A stretch of DNA of 32,000 nucleotides from Halomicronema hongdechloris C2206 (GCF_002075285.3 NZ_CP021983.2:4740001-4772000); one strand, 5' to 3'. Positions 17,604 to 27,474 are shown, counted from the stretch's first letter. A program made the numbers and translations. Notes: generated from the sequence alone by a model not told the origin.

Positions 17604-18185
17604 GTGTTTGGGATGCCCTACACGACGAATCAGTGTGATTCCCTTACCTGTGCCAACGCCTTTATTGCCCCCTACGACCATCCTGGCTATCCAGGTCATC
17701 GGTCTGACATGATGCCTCCATCCCATCCAGACTATAAGACGTTGCAACTCGAGAAACGGTTATTGGGCACCGATGCGATTTTGTCAAAGCTTCACGGTGA
17801 TCGACTATGGATCGTCAATAGCCGTCGTCGCAATGGCCTCCTTATTGATAAGGGGTTTTACACTGAGTTCGCTGGACCAGGGGCGGCTGTCGGCGGTCCC
17901 TTCGATCAAGACTGCCAGGCGGTGATCCCCTTGGGGAATTTGTCGCTGGTGCAACCCGAGTCCTACGAAGATCAGCAAAAAGCGCTACGTATCCGTCTGC
18001 AATGGATTCGGTTGACCCAGAATTTCACGGATCAACCGGTGCCCATCGACCGAGCTCAGATGATTCTGGAGCAATTCAAGAGCTATTTCGATCAGAAAAT
18101 TGTCGATCAAGTGCCCGATCAGGCCTTTGCCTTGCTGGTCGGAGTTCTGCCGCAGACGGTGCAGCGGGCGCGACAGCGGATATAG
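17604..18185 (+). CDS. Hypothetical protein with a possible C-terminal HTH
   Basis: 193-aa ORF with a GTG start. The C-terminal VPDQAFALLVGVLPQTVQRARQ looks like a helix-turn-helix. No family recognised. Preceded by ~365 nt of non-coding sequence. Confidence 0.5.
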   Translation: MFGMPYTTNQCDSLTCANAFIAPYDHPGYPGHRSDMMPPSHPDYKTLQLEKRLLGTDAILSKLHGDRLWIVNSRRRNGLLIDKGFYTEFAGPGAAVGGPFDQDCQAVIPLGNLSLVQPESYEDQQKALRIRLQWIRLTQNFTDQPVPIDRAQMILEQFKSYFDQKIVDQVPDQAFALLVGVLPQTVQRARQRI

Positions 18186-18249
18186 CAGGGGCAACGGCAT
18201 GTCGCTGCCGGGCTGCCGTGACGTACTGGGTAATATGGTATCGGCTAGA

Positions 18250-19386
18250 TTACGATTCCAGCCAGGGAATTAAGCGGGCCAAGGTACGCTGATTCTCTGC
18301 CGGGCTGCCGACGGTAATTCTCAACCCGCCGCCGGTGTGGCGAATGTGGGTGCCCTGTTGCCGCAGCCGGTGCGTCAGTGTGTCTAAGTTTAGCCCCTGA
18401 GGCTGGCTGGGGCGAGCGTAGATGAAGTTGGCCTGGCTGGGCCATACCCGTAACTGTGGATAAGGCCGTAAGCCCTCGATCAGCCGGTGCCGTTCGGCCT
18501 GAATCTGGGGCACGATGGCCAATAGCTCTGAGGCATGGGCCAGGGCTAGGCGGGCAGCAGCCTGGGACATGCTGGGCAGATTGTAGGGGAGCCTTAGCTT
18601 TTCTAGGGTTTGAATCAAGGGGGGCTGGGCTAGGGCATAGCCGACTCGATGGGCAGCCAGGCGCAGGGCCTTGGAGAACGTGCGTAGCACTAGCCAATTG
18701 GGGCGTCTGAGGGCATCGGCGCCGGTGGTTTGCTGGCTGAATTCGAAGTAGGCTTCGTCGACGACCACTAACACCGTCTCCGGCAGGTGTCGTAGCCAGT
18801 GGAGTTCGGCTGGGGTCAGGGCATTGCCCGTGGGTGAGTTGGGGTGCACCATGAATACCACCCGCACCGGCACTTCGGCTTGGGCCATGGCCCGTTCCGC
18901 GGCCTCGAGGTCTAGCTCGAAGGTCTCTGGCTGCCGCTCCAGACTGATGACGGGAATCCCTAGGGTTTGGGCCAAGATGGCGTACATGGAAAAGGTGGGC
19001 TGGCTGACTAATATGGCCCCTTCACCGCCGAGGCAGGTGGCGATCAGCAGGGATCGAATCAATTCGTCGGAGCCATTGCCCACGGAGATGTGAGCGGCGG
19101 TGATGCCTGCTAGGCCACTGCTGGCTTGCACGTAGGTTGCGATCGCACGTTTCAACTCCCCATGGCTGCCGTCGGGATAGCGATTGGCGGCGATTTCCTG
19201 CTGGTACTGCCAGGCCAATCTCTGCTTCAACGCCGGCGGTAGATCATAGGGGCATTCGTTGGTATCCAGCTGATCGATAGCTGCTGGCGGTGGCGTAGCA
19301 TCATTGCCCTGGGGATGAGGGGCATAGGCAGTGAACTGCAGCAAATCGGGGCGAAGATACGGCAAGGACATGGCAATAGTCGGCAC
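18250..19386 (-). CDS. hisC: Histidinol-phosphate aminotransferase (class II PLP aminotransferase)
   Basis: 378-aa ORF. YP(D)xxxxxLKxAIA, [16 protein letters not shown] and the TFSKA PLP-lysine motif ([17 protein letters not shown]) are all present. Confidence 0.9.
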   Translation of the reverse strand: MPTIAMSLPYLRPDLLQFTAYAPHPQGNDATPPPAAIDQLDTNECPYDLPPALKQRLAWQYQQEIAANRYPDGSHGELKRAIATYVQASSGLAGITAAHISVGNGSDELIRSLLIATCLGGEGAILVSQPTFSMYAILAQTLGIPVISLERQPETFELDLEAAERAMAQAEVPVRVVFMVHPNSPTGNALTPAELHWLRHLPETVLVVVDEAYFEFSQQTTGADALRRPNWLVLRTFSKALRLAAHRVGYALAQPPLIQTLEKLRLPYNLPSMSQAAARLALAHASELLAIVPQIQAERHRLIEGLRPYPQLRVWPSQANFIYARPSQPQGLNLDTLTHRLRQQGTHIRHTGGGLRITVGSPAENQRTLARLIPWLES

Positions 19387-19563
19387 AAAGGCTAGATTTT
19401 ACACTGAGAGGGCACTGAGAAGGGCGTCGCCATCACCAGTAGACTGCTGACCGGCCCTCAACCAGAAGGTTGGCGGTTGCCATTTCTAGATAAAGACTTT
19501 ATAAAATTTAATATATGACCGGCTGAGTCATATGCGCCGTTGCCGTTAGCGAGTATTAATGCG

Positions 19564-20862
19564 ATGGATCAGCACAATCGCTGCAAGCGGCCGGCCAAGA
19601 TTGTCATTGTCGGGGCAGGATTCGGTGGATTCCAGGCGGCTCAGTCCCTGGCTGGAGCGGCTGCGGAAGTGCTCCTCATCGATCGCCATGACTACCACAC
19701 GTTTACCCCCCTGCTCTATCAGGTTGCCACTGGTCAAATTGAGCCCGCGCTGGTGACTTACCCAGTGCGGACCAAGCTTCGCCCCCTGGCCAATGTTACC
19801 TTTCTGCAGGCCACGGTAGAGTCGGTTGACATGGACCACAGGCTCATCGCCAGCGATGATGGCCTGATTCCCTACGACTATTTGGTCTTGGCCACGGGCA
19901 CGCGGCCGAGCTATCACGGCATCCCTGGAGCTCGGGAGTATGCCTTTGGCTTGAAGAGTCTAGCCGATGCGATCGCACTGCGCCATCACCTTCATCAGTG
20001 CTATCGACAGGCTTGGCTAACCGAGGCGAGCCACCAACGGCAGCGGTTACTGACCTTTGTGGTGGTGGGCGGCGGTGCCACTGGGGTAGAACTGGCCGGA
20101 GCCCTGGCGGAACAGATGGGGGGGCCATGGCCGCGAGCCTTCCCCGACCTGGCCCAGCTGGGTCAAATTCTGTTGATTCAATCTGGCCCCAGGTTACTGC
20201 CGGAATTTTCCCGGTCTCTGGGGGACTATGCCCATGATCGGCTCCATGGCTTGGCCGTAGAGGTATGGCTCAACACCCGGGTTGTCTCTGTCGATGCGAC
20301 CGGGGTGCAGCTCTCGGATGGCAGCTTCCTAGAGACGGCTACGGTGATCTGGGCGGCTGGCCTAGAGGCGGCGCAACCCACCTACTGGCCATCGCCAGCC
20401 CTGGGAGGCAACGGCAAACTCAGAGTGTGCCCCACCCTGCAACTGCTGGACTACCCCAATGTCTATGGAATTGGTGATGTCGCCACCATTGACCATCCCC
20501 GCTACTCCCTAGCCGGCGTCGCCCCAGAAGCCCTACAGCAGGGCGTGACTGTCGCTCGTAGCCTGCGCCGCCAACTCAGTCATCGCCCCCCCCACCGCTT
20601 CCGCTATCGCAGCAAGGGCCGCCTGGCCATCATTGGCGGCGGCAGCGGTATCGGTCGCATTGCCGGTGTGGATATCAGAGGCTTTGGCACCTGGCTGCTG
20701 TGGTTACTGGTCCATCTGATTTATTTACCCGGCTACCGCAACCGCAGTCGACTGCTGCGGCGTTGGTGGCGCAACTATCTGCTCTGCCATTGCAGCCGGC
20801 GGCGGCAGCCCCGTCCCCAACGGATTAATCCCTGTCTAGCGTCATCTCGGAGGTCACTATGA
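19564..20862 (+). CDS. ndb: Type II NADH:quinone oxidoreductase (NDH-2)
   Basis: Two dinucleotide-binding motifs (IVIVGAGFGG and VVVGGGATGVELAG). The C-terminal membrane-association region WLLWLLVHLIYLPGYRNR is typical of NDH-2. ATG at 19564 is preferred to the TTG at 19540. Confidence 0.85.
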   Translation: MDQHNRCKRPAKIVIVGAGFGGFQAAQSLAGAAAEVLLIDRHDYHTFTPLLYQVATGQIEPALVTYPVRTKLRPLANVTFLQATVESVDMDHRLIASDDGLIPYDYLVLATGTRPSYHGIPGAREYAFGLKSLADAIALRHHLHQCYRQAWLTEASHQRQRLLTFVVVGGGATGVELAGALAEQMGGPWPRAFPDLAQLGQILLIQSGPRLLPEFSRSLGDYAHDRLHGLAVEVWLNTRVVSVDATGVQLSDGSFLETATVIWAAGLEAAQPTYWPSPALGGNGKLRVCPTLQLLDYPNVYGIGDVATIDHPRYSLAGVAPEALQQGVTVARSLRRQLSHRPPHRFRYRSKGRLAIIGGGSGIGRIAGVDIRGFGTWLLWLLVHLIYLPGYRNRSRLLRRWWRNYLLCHCSRRRQPRPQRINPCLASSRRSL

Positions 20863-21389
20863 AGTCCCACTCCCCGCGACTGCGAGCGACTGATATTTCT
20901 CTGGCCTATGGATTACTGCGCCTTGTGATCGGCATCAATTACTTCAACCACGGGGTCACACGCCTGGGCAATATCCCTGGCTTTATGGATGCTATGGCAT
21001 CAGCCATGGCCGATGCCTGGATGCCAGAGGTGTTAGTGCGATCTACGGCGGCCCTGGTTCCCCTGGTGGAGCTGCTGGTGGGCCTCTGCCTGATTTTAGG
21101 GCTCTTCACCCGCACTGCCCTGGTGGTGACGTTTATCCTGATGGCTATTCTCATGTACGGGGTCACCGTCGTGCAAAACTGGGATGCAGCCGCCAGCCAA
21201 TTAATCTACACCATCGTGCTGTTCATGCTGTTGGCGGGGGAGGGCTATAATCGCTTCACGCTGACTGGCTGGCTACGTCGGCGTCGTCAAAGTCAAGAGA
21301 TGGCCCAGGCTGACCTTCGGGATAGCCCAATGAGGCGGATTAACCAGATGCTGAGTCCCTCCCGGCCTCCGTCCAAATATCGGCTGTAG
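20859..21389 (+). CDS. DoxX family membrane protein
   Basis: 176-aa ORF with 3-4 hydrophobic helices and the LRLVIGINYFNHG motif typical of DoxX. Its start overlaps the NDH-2 stop (ATGA at 20859-20862). Confidence 0.75.
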   Translation: MKSHSPRLRATDISLAYGLLRLVIGINYFNHGVTRLGNIPGFMDAMASAMADAWMPEVLVRSTAALVPLVELLVGLCLILGLFTRTALVVTFILMAILMYGVTVVQNWDAAASQLIYTIVLFMLLAGEGYNRFTLTGWLRRRRQSQEMAQADLRDSPMRRINQMLSPSRPPSKYRL

Positions 21390-21436
21390 GCTAAGGCTCA
21401 GTACCATGGATATAGATGACGGAGAAATAGGGACTG

Positions 21437-21631
21437 ATGGCCAACTCTAGCTCTGTGAATAAGCAACCGTCTGCCGCCACAGATGCGCCGGGTTGCGATG
21501 GGTCGTTGGTGCATCTGGAGAATGTACGGCAGGTGCAGGCAGAAGTGTTAGCCACTGCCAAGGCCCAGCGCATGGCGGAGTTCTTTGTTGGCCATTATCA
21601 ACGCGGGTCGTATTCTGCCCGTCCCCAGTAA
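21437..21631 (+). pseudogene. Truncated SmtB/ArsR (ZiaR-like) metalloregulator remnant
   Basis: The 64-aa ORF matches the N-terminal third of SmtB/ZiaR-type repressors up to the conserved AEFF (…CDGSLVHLENVRQVQAEVLATAKAQRMAEFF). It then diverges and stops. The expected continuation (…LADPNRLRLLSLL… wHTH) is missing, and only ~120 nt remain before the next gene. Confidence 0.5.
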
Positions 21632-21801
21632 CGCCAACCCCCTAAAATCGCGCTAACATGCCCATTCTGAGGGTCTAAGCTTCGTCATTAAGATGTTGCC
21701 TGAGATACAGAGAACCCCGAAATTGCCAGATCTTTCTAGTCAACAATGCAGAATTGCACAGCATCCAGTGCAGAATGGGTTACGTAGCGACTCCTGAGTG
21801 T

Positions 21802-22581
21802 ATGACTTCCGATAAAGCCGCCGGCCCTCTGATGTCCCCCCTGGCTGCCATTGCCCTAAAACTCGTCGGCATTGTCACCATTGTGTCAGCCATCATTGAT
21901 TATCTGGTGCTGCTGATTCCCCCCAATTTTCTCGATCCGCAATGGCAACTCGCTACGACGACCCAGATCGTAGATCGTGGCATCGTTCCCCTAGTGGGGA
22001 TTGCCCTGCTGCTCACGGGTTTTTGGATCGAGACTAATGTCGGGGTCGCCCGCCGTCGCCAGAGTCTAGTCAGTGATCTGCGGTTTTGGGCCTGCTTATT
22101 TGCCAGCCTTTTGGGCTTGGTGTTTTTGATCCTGACCTTCCTGCATGTGAACAATGTGCGCATTACCAGCCGCAGTGCCCTAGAGCAGGTCACCACTGAG
22201 GCTACCCAGGCAGAAACCCAGTTGGAGCAGCGACTCAGTGCTGAACTCGATCAGCAGCGGCAGCAACTCAATCAACTCTTAGAGAACGAGGAAGTTCTGC
22301 AGCAGGCAATTGAGAGTGGTCAGCTGCCGGCTGAAATTGAACAGTTTAGAGATAATCCCGCCGGCTTAGACGCATTTCTCAGCGAGCGTGCCGGTCAAGC
22401 TCGTCAGCAGCTCCAGACCGAATTGGGAACCCGCCGGGAAGAAGCCGTCCAACGGGTGCGCCGGGAAGCCTGGAAATCTGCTATTCGTATTTCCATTAGT
22501 AGTCTGTTGTTGGCAGTGGGCTATATCATCGTCGGCTGGATGGGGCTACGGCGCCTACTCACCCGTACCCGCTCTGCCTAG
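21802..22581 (+). CDS. Hypothetical membrane protein with a central coiled coil
   Basis: Track ORF 21754..22581; ATG at 21802 preferred. Three N-terminal TM helices, a Gln/Glu-rich segment (TQLEQRLSAELDQQRQQLNQLLENEE) and a C-terminal TM helix. Confidence 0.6.
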   Translation: MTSDKAAGPLMSPLAAIALKLVGIVTIVSAIIDYLVLLIPPNFLDPQWQLATTTQIVDRGIVPLVGIALLLTGFWIETNVGVARRRQSLVSDLRFWACLFASLLGLVFLILTFLHVNNVRITSRSALEQVTTEATQAETQLEQRLSAELDQQRQQLNQLLENEEVLQQAIESGQLPAEIEQFRDNPAGLDAFLSERAGQARQQLQTELGTRREEAVQRVRREAWKSAIRISISSLLLAVGYIIVGWMGLRRLLTRTRSA

Positions 22582-22587
22582 CTCAAA

Positions 22588-23415
22588 CTAGCTCAAGGCA
22601 GTCATCATGGCTTGTTGGGCCACGGCTGGATATAGGGCTTTGAAGTAGGCACTGGCAAAGGTAGCCTCCTCCGCTGGGAAGGGCAGCTTGCCCAGCACAT
22701 CCAAGACGGTTGTCTCAGCGGCGGTGATGACCACTAGGGACGGATCTAGGGGGGCATCGTAGCGCCAATAGTCGCCGAGATGGATGGGGGGCATTTGCAG
22801 GGGCTCTGGGGCTGACGGTTCCTGCTCGGCGGGCTGGCCATCACTGGCAACAACAGACTTGCTCTGCTGCCGCCGCTGCTGTCGTAGGGATTCTAGAATC
22901 TGGTCGCGGGTCCGCCCCCGCAGCTGAAACAGCACGAAGGGGTCTTCCCGGAAGAAGTCGCCCAATTGATAATAGACGGCGGCGATATGCTTACAAGGAT
23001 TCTTCGGATCCGGGCAGTTGCAGCGGGAATGGACATCCGACAGAGTAAACGGAAATAGATTGAGACCATTGCTGGTGAATACGGACTCAATGTCGTCTGG
23101 CATCTCCCCGGCCAACAGTTGGGCCGAGTACAGGGCCTTTTCACCGAGGCTGTCAATCACATAGTCCCAGTCTTCATCGCTGAAGGGATCGATCCAGATG
23201 GAGAGTTTGTAGGGATCTTCAGCCGTCCCTTGCACCAGGGCCACCACCTTCGAACTCTTAAATTCGAGGCTGAGGATATTTCCTTCCCGAGCATAGCGGC
23301 GACCTCGCTCCAGTCGTTTTTTGAAGCGGTAGGAATTGAGCAGGTCGACCCACTGCTGTACCCACCAGGCTTCTTCCTGCAAATCGTAGGCGGTTGGACT
23401 TTCGGAGTAGGTCAT
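22588..23415 (-). CDS. SWIM zinc-finger family protein
   Basis: 275-aa ORF with the SWIM signature CxCx(n)CxH (HSRCNCPDPKNPCKHIAAVYY). Confidence 0.8.
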   Translation of the reverse strand: MTYSESPTAYDLQEEAWWVQQWVDLLNSYRFKKRLERGRRYAREGNILSLEFKSSKVVALVQGTAEDPYKLSIWIDPFSDEDWDYVIDSLGEKALYSAQLLAGEMPDDIESVFTSNGLNLFPFTLSDVHSRCNCPDPKNPCKHIAAVYYQLGDFFREDPFVLFQLRGRTRDQILESLRQQRRQQSKSVVASDGQPAEQEPSAPEPLQMPPIHLGDYWRYDAPLDPSLVVITAAETTVLDVLGKLPFPAEEATFASAYFKALYPAVAQQAMMTALS

Positions 23416-23433
23416 GGCTATAGCAACCTCAAC

Positions 23434-24024
23434 TTAATCTTTCAGGAACAGGCCACTTTCGCTGCACACTCCGTATAGGGGCTTGTCCCAGGCATTTTTG
23501 GGCAGGCTGGGCAGGCGGGCATATTCGAACACGATACCAATGGTGGGAACCGTATGCCAGGGCGGGGTGCTGAGCATGCGATCGTAATAGCCGCCGCCAT
23601 AGCCCAGGCGATAGCCCCGGGCATCGCAGGCGACGGCCGGCACCAGGATCAGATCCACTAGAGCCGGGTCTACCGGTGGCAACTGGGGATGGGGTTCTGG
23701 AATGCCATAGGTGCCCCGTTGCAGTGGCATGGAAGTGGGACTCCAATAATGCCAGGCCATCTCCCGACCGACACAGCGAGGCAGCCCCAGGGGGCGTTGG
23801 TGCTGAAACAGGGGGCTAAGATCGGGTTCTTGGCGAATGCTGCAATAGCTTAGGACTACTCGGGCCTGATGGAAATAGGGCCAGCTTTGTAGGTGTTGGC
23901 AGATGCGATCGCTTTTTTGCCGCCACAGCGGCGGCGGGATGGCCTGGCGAGCATTGAGCAGCCGCCGCCGCAAGTCAGCCTTAGCGGTTTGGATGGCATT
24001 CTGGGAAGTCGACTCAGCAGTCAT
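23434..24024 (-). CDS. 5-formyltetrahydrofolate cyclo-ligase
   Basis: 196-aa ORF. K..LR…R, the LVPAVACDARGYRLGYGGGYYDR motif (GxGxGYYDR) is diagnostic of the MTHFS family. Confidence 0.85.
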   Translation of the reverse strand: MTAESTSQNAIQTAKADLRRRLLNARQAIPPPLWRQKSDRICQHLQSWPYFHQARVVLSYCSIRQEPDLSPLFQHQRPLGLPRCVGREMAWHYWSPTSMPLQRGTYGIPEPHPQLPPVDPALVDLILVPAVACDARGYRLGYGGGYYDRMLSTPPWHTVPTIGIVFEYARLPSLPKNAWDKPLYGVCSESGLFLKD

Positions 24025-24053
24025 GCAGTCTCGAGCAGGGAATATAGGGTTGG

Positions 24054-26213
24054 CTAGAAGTACAGCAGCAGGTTAAGCCCCGGAATGGTGCGCGATAGGG
24101 TCCACAGTAGCAGGGCTACATAAAACAGACCTAAAGTCCACTGATACCACACTAGGGCGGTAATCAGGCCGGGCATGTGCCGGTCGCGCATGCGAATATC
24201 ATTAAAGCCAAACCGCAGCCAGTTATTCAGACTGAAATCGTAGTAGTTGAGCCAGTTCCAGCGGCGATCTAGCAGAATCGGGGTGTAGCGATCGCGGAAA
24301 AAGGCAAACTTGGGCATGATTGGCAACCGGGCAATCAGCAGCCGCAGTTGCCGCATGCCGCCATCTTCGACGAAGTAACTGATGTCCATGTCGTCATGGT
24401 AGCGTCCTCGCCGATAGATGATCGTCAGCAGGCCTAGGGGCACTGGCAGGGTCAGACCGGCCAGACAAAGCAGGGCGAGCCCCGGCTGCTGTCCCAATCG
24501 CAAGATGGTGCTGAGGCCAGCTAATACCAGCAGGGCGAAACTACCGAGCATCCAACCGGTCTCCTCCAGGGGAGGCAAGATGGGTTGGGGCAGGCGGCGG
24601 CGATAGCGATCTAGCAGCCAGAACATCAGGGCAAAGAAGGCAATGGCTACCAAACCGCCCCCCAGGGTGAGGCCGACGCTGGTGCCATAATGGCTCAAGA
24701 GGATCAGCATGCCTAACCACAGCCAGCCCAGGCCCAGCTGTACTCGGTTACTCCAGGAGAGGGGTTTGCTGGTTAAGATGCGATCGCGAACTTTCAAGTA
24801 GGCGGCTAGGTCCACCGACTCTAGGCTCAGCAGGTCAGTGGCGCTGAGAAAGGGCTGTTGCTGCCGCTGGTCCAGGATGGCATCGGCCTGGCTGGACGAA
24901 AAGCCGACTTCCTGGAGTTGCCTGGATGAAGCCGTATTGATATTGAGGCCTACCAACTGTTTATGCCAGGCGCGCAGGCGCAGCTGTTCGGCCATGAATT
25001 CGATCTGGTTGGCGTCAGAAATCTGCTCCAGCTGCCGAAAATTACGCACCAAGTTACGCAGCAGGGTCTCATTGCCGCTGAGGGAGGGCACCGACAGCAC
25101 CTGGCCGATTTGCCCAGGGCTGCCCAGAATTTCGGCTTGTTCGGCATTAAACTCTAGGCCGGCAACATTGATATAGACTCCCTTGAGGAAGGTGGCATCG
25201 CCAAAATCAGCCTGATTGTTCAGCATGGCTCCACGTAGGTTAACCGGCTGGCTGAAGCGGGCCTGACGCAGAATTAATGGGCCTTCGAAGCGGGCCTCGG
25301 TGAGAAACAGGGCCTGGGTAAAGGTGTCCTTCAAGAAGGAAGCGGTGCCCTGCCAGAGGCTCTGGGCAAAGTCGGCATTTTCCTGCCAATTAATGCGGCT
25401 GAAGTTGGCCTCATCGGCAAAGCTGGCTTGATTGAAGCGACTGGAGGCCTTAAAGCTCACTCCCTGGAAATTGACGATCCCCTGGAACTGGGCCTGGTCG
25501 AAGCGAACCTGATCGAAGAATAGGCTGTTGCGAAAGCGAGCCTCCTCTAGAAATCGGGCCGAGGTGAAGCGTACCTCCTGGCTAAAGCGGGCGTCGGTGC
25601 CATAGAAGGCCTGCTCAAACGTCGCTCCCTGGGCACTGACCCGGCGCAGAAAAAAGGTATCGGTGGCATTGACCCGACCCGTCACGTGGGTTTGCACCAG
25701 CAGCAGCGGCCCGCGAAAAATGAAGATCTGCTGGGCCGTGGATTGGTCTTGAATCAGCAGGGAGCGGGACAGTTGAGTCAGGCGGTTCAGACGGGTGCGA
25801 TCGCGTTTGAGCTGAGCCTGCTCTTCTGCCGTCAGCAATGGAAATAGAGCCTCGCCGTAGAGGGGTTCCCGGAGCCCTAGCTGTTGCAGATCTAGATCGC
25901 CCAGGATATGGGAATGGCTCAGATCTAATCCCAAGACCTTGCTGCCCCGCTGTAAAGGCTGCTGCAGTAGACGATAGAAGCGGTTGGCAAAATCCCCGTT
26001 GTCGGCCCGCAGATCGATGGTAAAGCGTCGTAGATCGATCACCGAGCGACCATCTCGCTGCAACGGGGCCTCTAACCGCTGTTGCAGGAGCTCTAGGGTG
26101 AGGGGCGGCAACTCCCCGGCAGCCGATGCTGCTAGCACTGGCCTCACCAGCACACAACTGGCCAGGACCAAGATGCCGCCAAGGATGCCAATGAATCGAT
26201 ATAGCCGTCGCAA
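24054..26213 (-). CDS. Pentapeptide-repeat protein with an N-terminal signal/anchor, an internal helix-hairpin-helix segment and a C-terminal multi-TM domain
   Basis: 719-aa ORF. Many A(D/N)LxX-type pentapeptide units between roughly residues 190 and 350 (ARFSQEVRFTSARFLEEARFRNSLFFDQVRFDQAQFQGIVNFQGVSF…). ComEA-like HhH segment (NINTASSRQLQEVGFSSSQADAILDQR). At least 4 hydrophobic helices near the C-terminus. Confidence 0.8.
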   Translation of the reverse strand: MRRLYRFIGILGGILVLASCVLVRPVLAASAAGELPPLTLELLQQRLEAPLQRDGRSVIDLRRFTIDLRADNGDFANRFYRLLQQPLQRGSKVLGLDLSHSHILGDLDLQQLGLREPLYGEALFPLLTAEEQAQLKRDRTRLNRLTQLSRSLLIQDQSTAQQIFIFRGPLLLVQTHVTGRVNATDTFFLRRVSAQGATFEQAFYGTDARFSQEVRFTSARFLEEARFRNSLFFDQVRFDQAQFQGIVNFQGVSFKASSRFNQASFADEANFSRINWQENADFAQSLWQGTASFLKDTFTQALFLTEARFEGPLILRQARFSQPVNLRGAMLNNQADFGDATFLKGVYINVAGLEFNAEQAEILGSPGQIGQVLSVPSLSGNETLLRNLVRNFRQLEQISDANQIEFMAEQLRLRAWHKQLVGLNINTASSRQLQEVGFSSSQADAILDQRQQQPFLSATDLLSLESVDLAAYLKVRDRILTSKPLSWSNRVQLGLGWLWLGMLILLSHYGTSVGLTLGGGLVAIAFFALMFWLLDRYRRRLPQPILPPLEETGWMLGSFALLVLAGLSTILRLGQQPGLALLCLAGLTLPVPLGLLTIIYRRGRYHDDMDISYFVEDGGMRQLRLLIARLPIMPKFAFFRDRYTPILLDRRWNWLNYYDFSLNNWLRFGFNDIRMRDRHMPGLITALVWYQWTLGLFYVALLLWTLSRTIPGLNLLLYF

Positions 26214-26316
26214 ACTACCTTACTCGCTAGATCTCTGCAGTCCAGCCTATCTCGGATGCGGATCCTGCTGAGCTTTCAGGTGCAGTAGAATCAAATCGAC
26301 GGTTGCAGCCCTCGCC

Positions 26317-27474
26317 ATGGCCACCCAGATTCCGCCGCTCTCTGCACCGCCAGGATATCGAACTCAGGCAGAAGACACTGGGGTCGAGACCGACCTGCTG
26401 TGCTTTTATCTGCTGCGCCAGAAGACAGTCTCTGAACGGTTGCAGATGGGAGCCCAGCTAACCCGCAGTGCTCGCCAGCTTTCGCTGAACTGCTTCCACC
26501 AACGGTTTGCTCATCTCAAGTCTCGACAGTTTGCTCGCAAGATCGCCGAGGCCTGGCTCCAAGAGCACTGTCCCCCTGATTATGTGCCGGGAGGCTCCGA
26601 AGTGTCCTGGATTCAAGATTCGATTCAACTGGCGGTAGACCTCCACCGAATTTTGACGGCTGAGGACATTCCTTACTACGTCACCGGCGGGGTGGCCGCG
26701 ATTGCCTACGGTGAATCTCGGACAACTCAAGATCTAGATGTGGTGTTGTTCATGTCCAGGCAGGATATTCCGCTTTTGGTACGTGCCTTGGAACAGGCTG
26801 GGTTTTATGTTCCCGGAGTGGACGATGTGATGGCGGGGCGGCTGCGAACCTTGCAGGTGACCCAGGTCGACACGATTTCTCGTGCTGATCTGGTGATTGC
26901 CGATACCACTGCCTATGAGCAACAGAAACTGGAGCGGCGACAGCTATATGCTCTCACCAACGAAAGTGCTATCTATCTGGTTTCTCCTGAAGATTTGGTG
27001 GTTAACAAGTTGCGTTGGGGCCGACAAAGCCAATCGCAAAAGCAGTGGCGAGATGTGCTGGGTGTCTTGAAAGCTCAGCAAGATAGCCTGGACTACCAAT
27101 ATATGCACCGCTGGGCAGCAGCGTTTGATCTTTCTATAGGCTTAGAGCAGGCAACCCTGGAGGCTGGGGTCAATGCGATCGCAAATCACCAGTGGGCCAT
27201 CGCCGCCTATCCCATCATGAGCCGGGCCTTTGCCATGGCTCAAGCCCGCAACCGCACCACACATCCTAGCCCTAATGTGGAAGTCGCCGATGGCAACCGC
27301 TATAGGCTGACCCGGGATGATGCCGCCCAACGCCTCACCGTTGTGTCCAAACTCGATGACCGCGAAATCGCCCGATATGACTCCCAGGGCACTGTGCTGA
27401 GGGCTAGCCCGTCGCTACAGGATCGGCAGCAGTGGCATGGGATCGCTGAACGAGTCATGAATTCGTGCTTATAG
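26317..27474 (+). CDS. Hypothetical protein with a minimal nucleotidyltransferase (MNT-like) core plus N- and C-terminal extensions
   Basis: 385-aa ORF. The core [25 protein letters not shown] fits the GG/GS…DxD polymerase-beta-type NTase signature. A downstream [14 protein letters not shown] segment is typical of this small NTase family. The extensions are unrecognised. Confidence 0.55.
   Translation: MATQIPPLSAPPGYRTQAEDTGVETDLLCFYLLRQKTVSERLQMGAQLTRSARQLSLNCFHQRFAHLKSRQFARKIAEAWLQEHCPPDYVPGGSEVSWIQDSIQLAVDLHRILTAEDIPYYVTGGVAAIAYGESRTTQDLDVVLFMSRQDIPLLVRALEQAGFYVPGVDDVMAGRLRTLQVTQVDTISRADLVIADTTAYEQQKLERRQLYALTNESAIYLVSPEDLVVNKLRWGRQSQSQKQWRDVLGVLKAQQDSLDYQYMHRWAAAFDLSIGLEQATLEAGVNAIANHQWAIAAYPIMSRAFAMAQARNRTTHPSPNVEVADGNRYRLTRDDAAQRLTVVSKLDDREIARYDSQGTVLRASPSLQDRQQWHGIAERVMNSCL

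Noticed and set aside
25615-26157. 180-aa minus-strand ORF and several 60-110-aa ORFs between 24418 and 26271
   Set aside because: All are nested in alternative frames of the 719-aa pentapeptide-repeat gene, and their Arg/Ala/Pro-rich composition is typical of off-frame translation.
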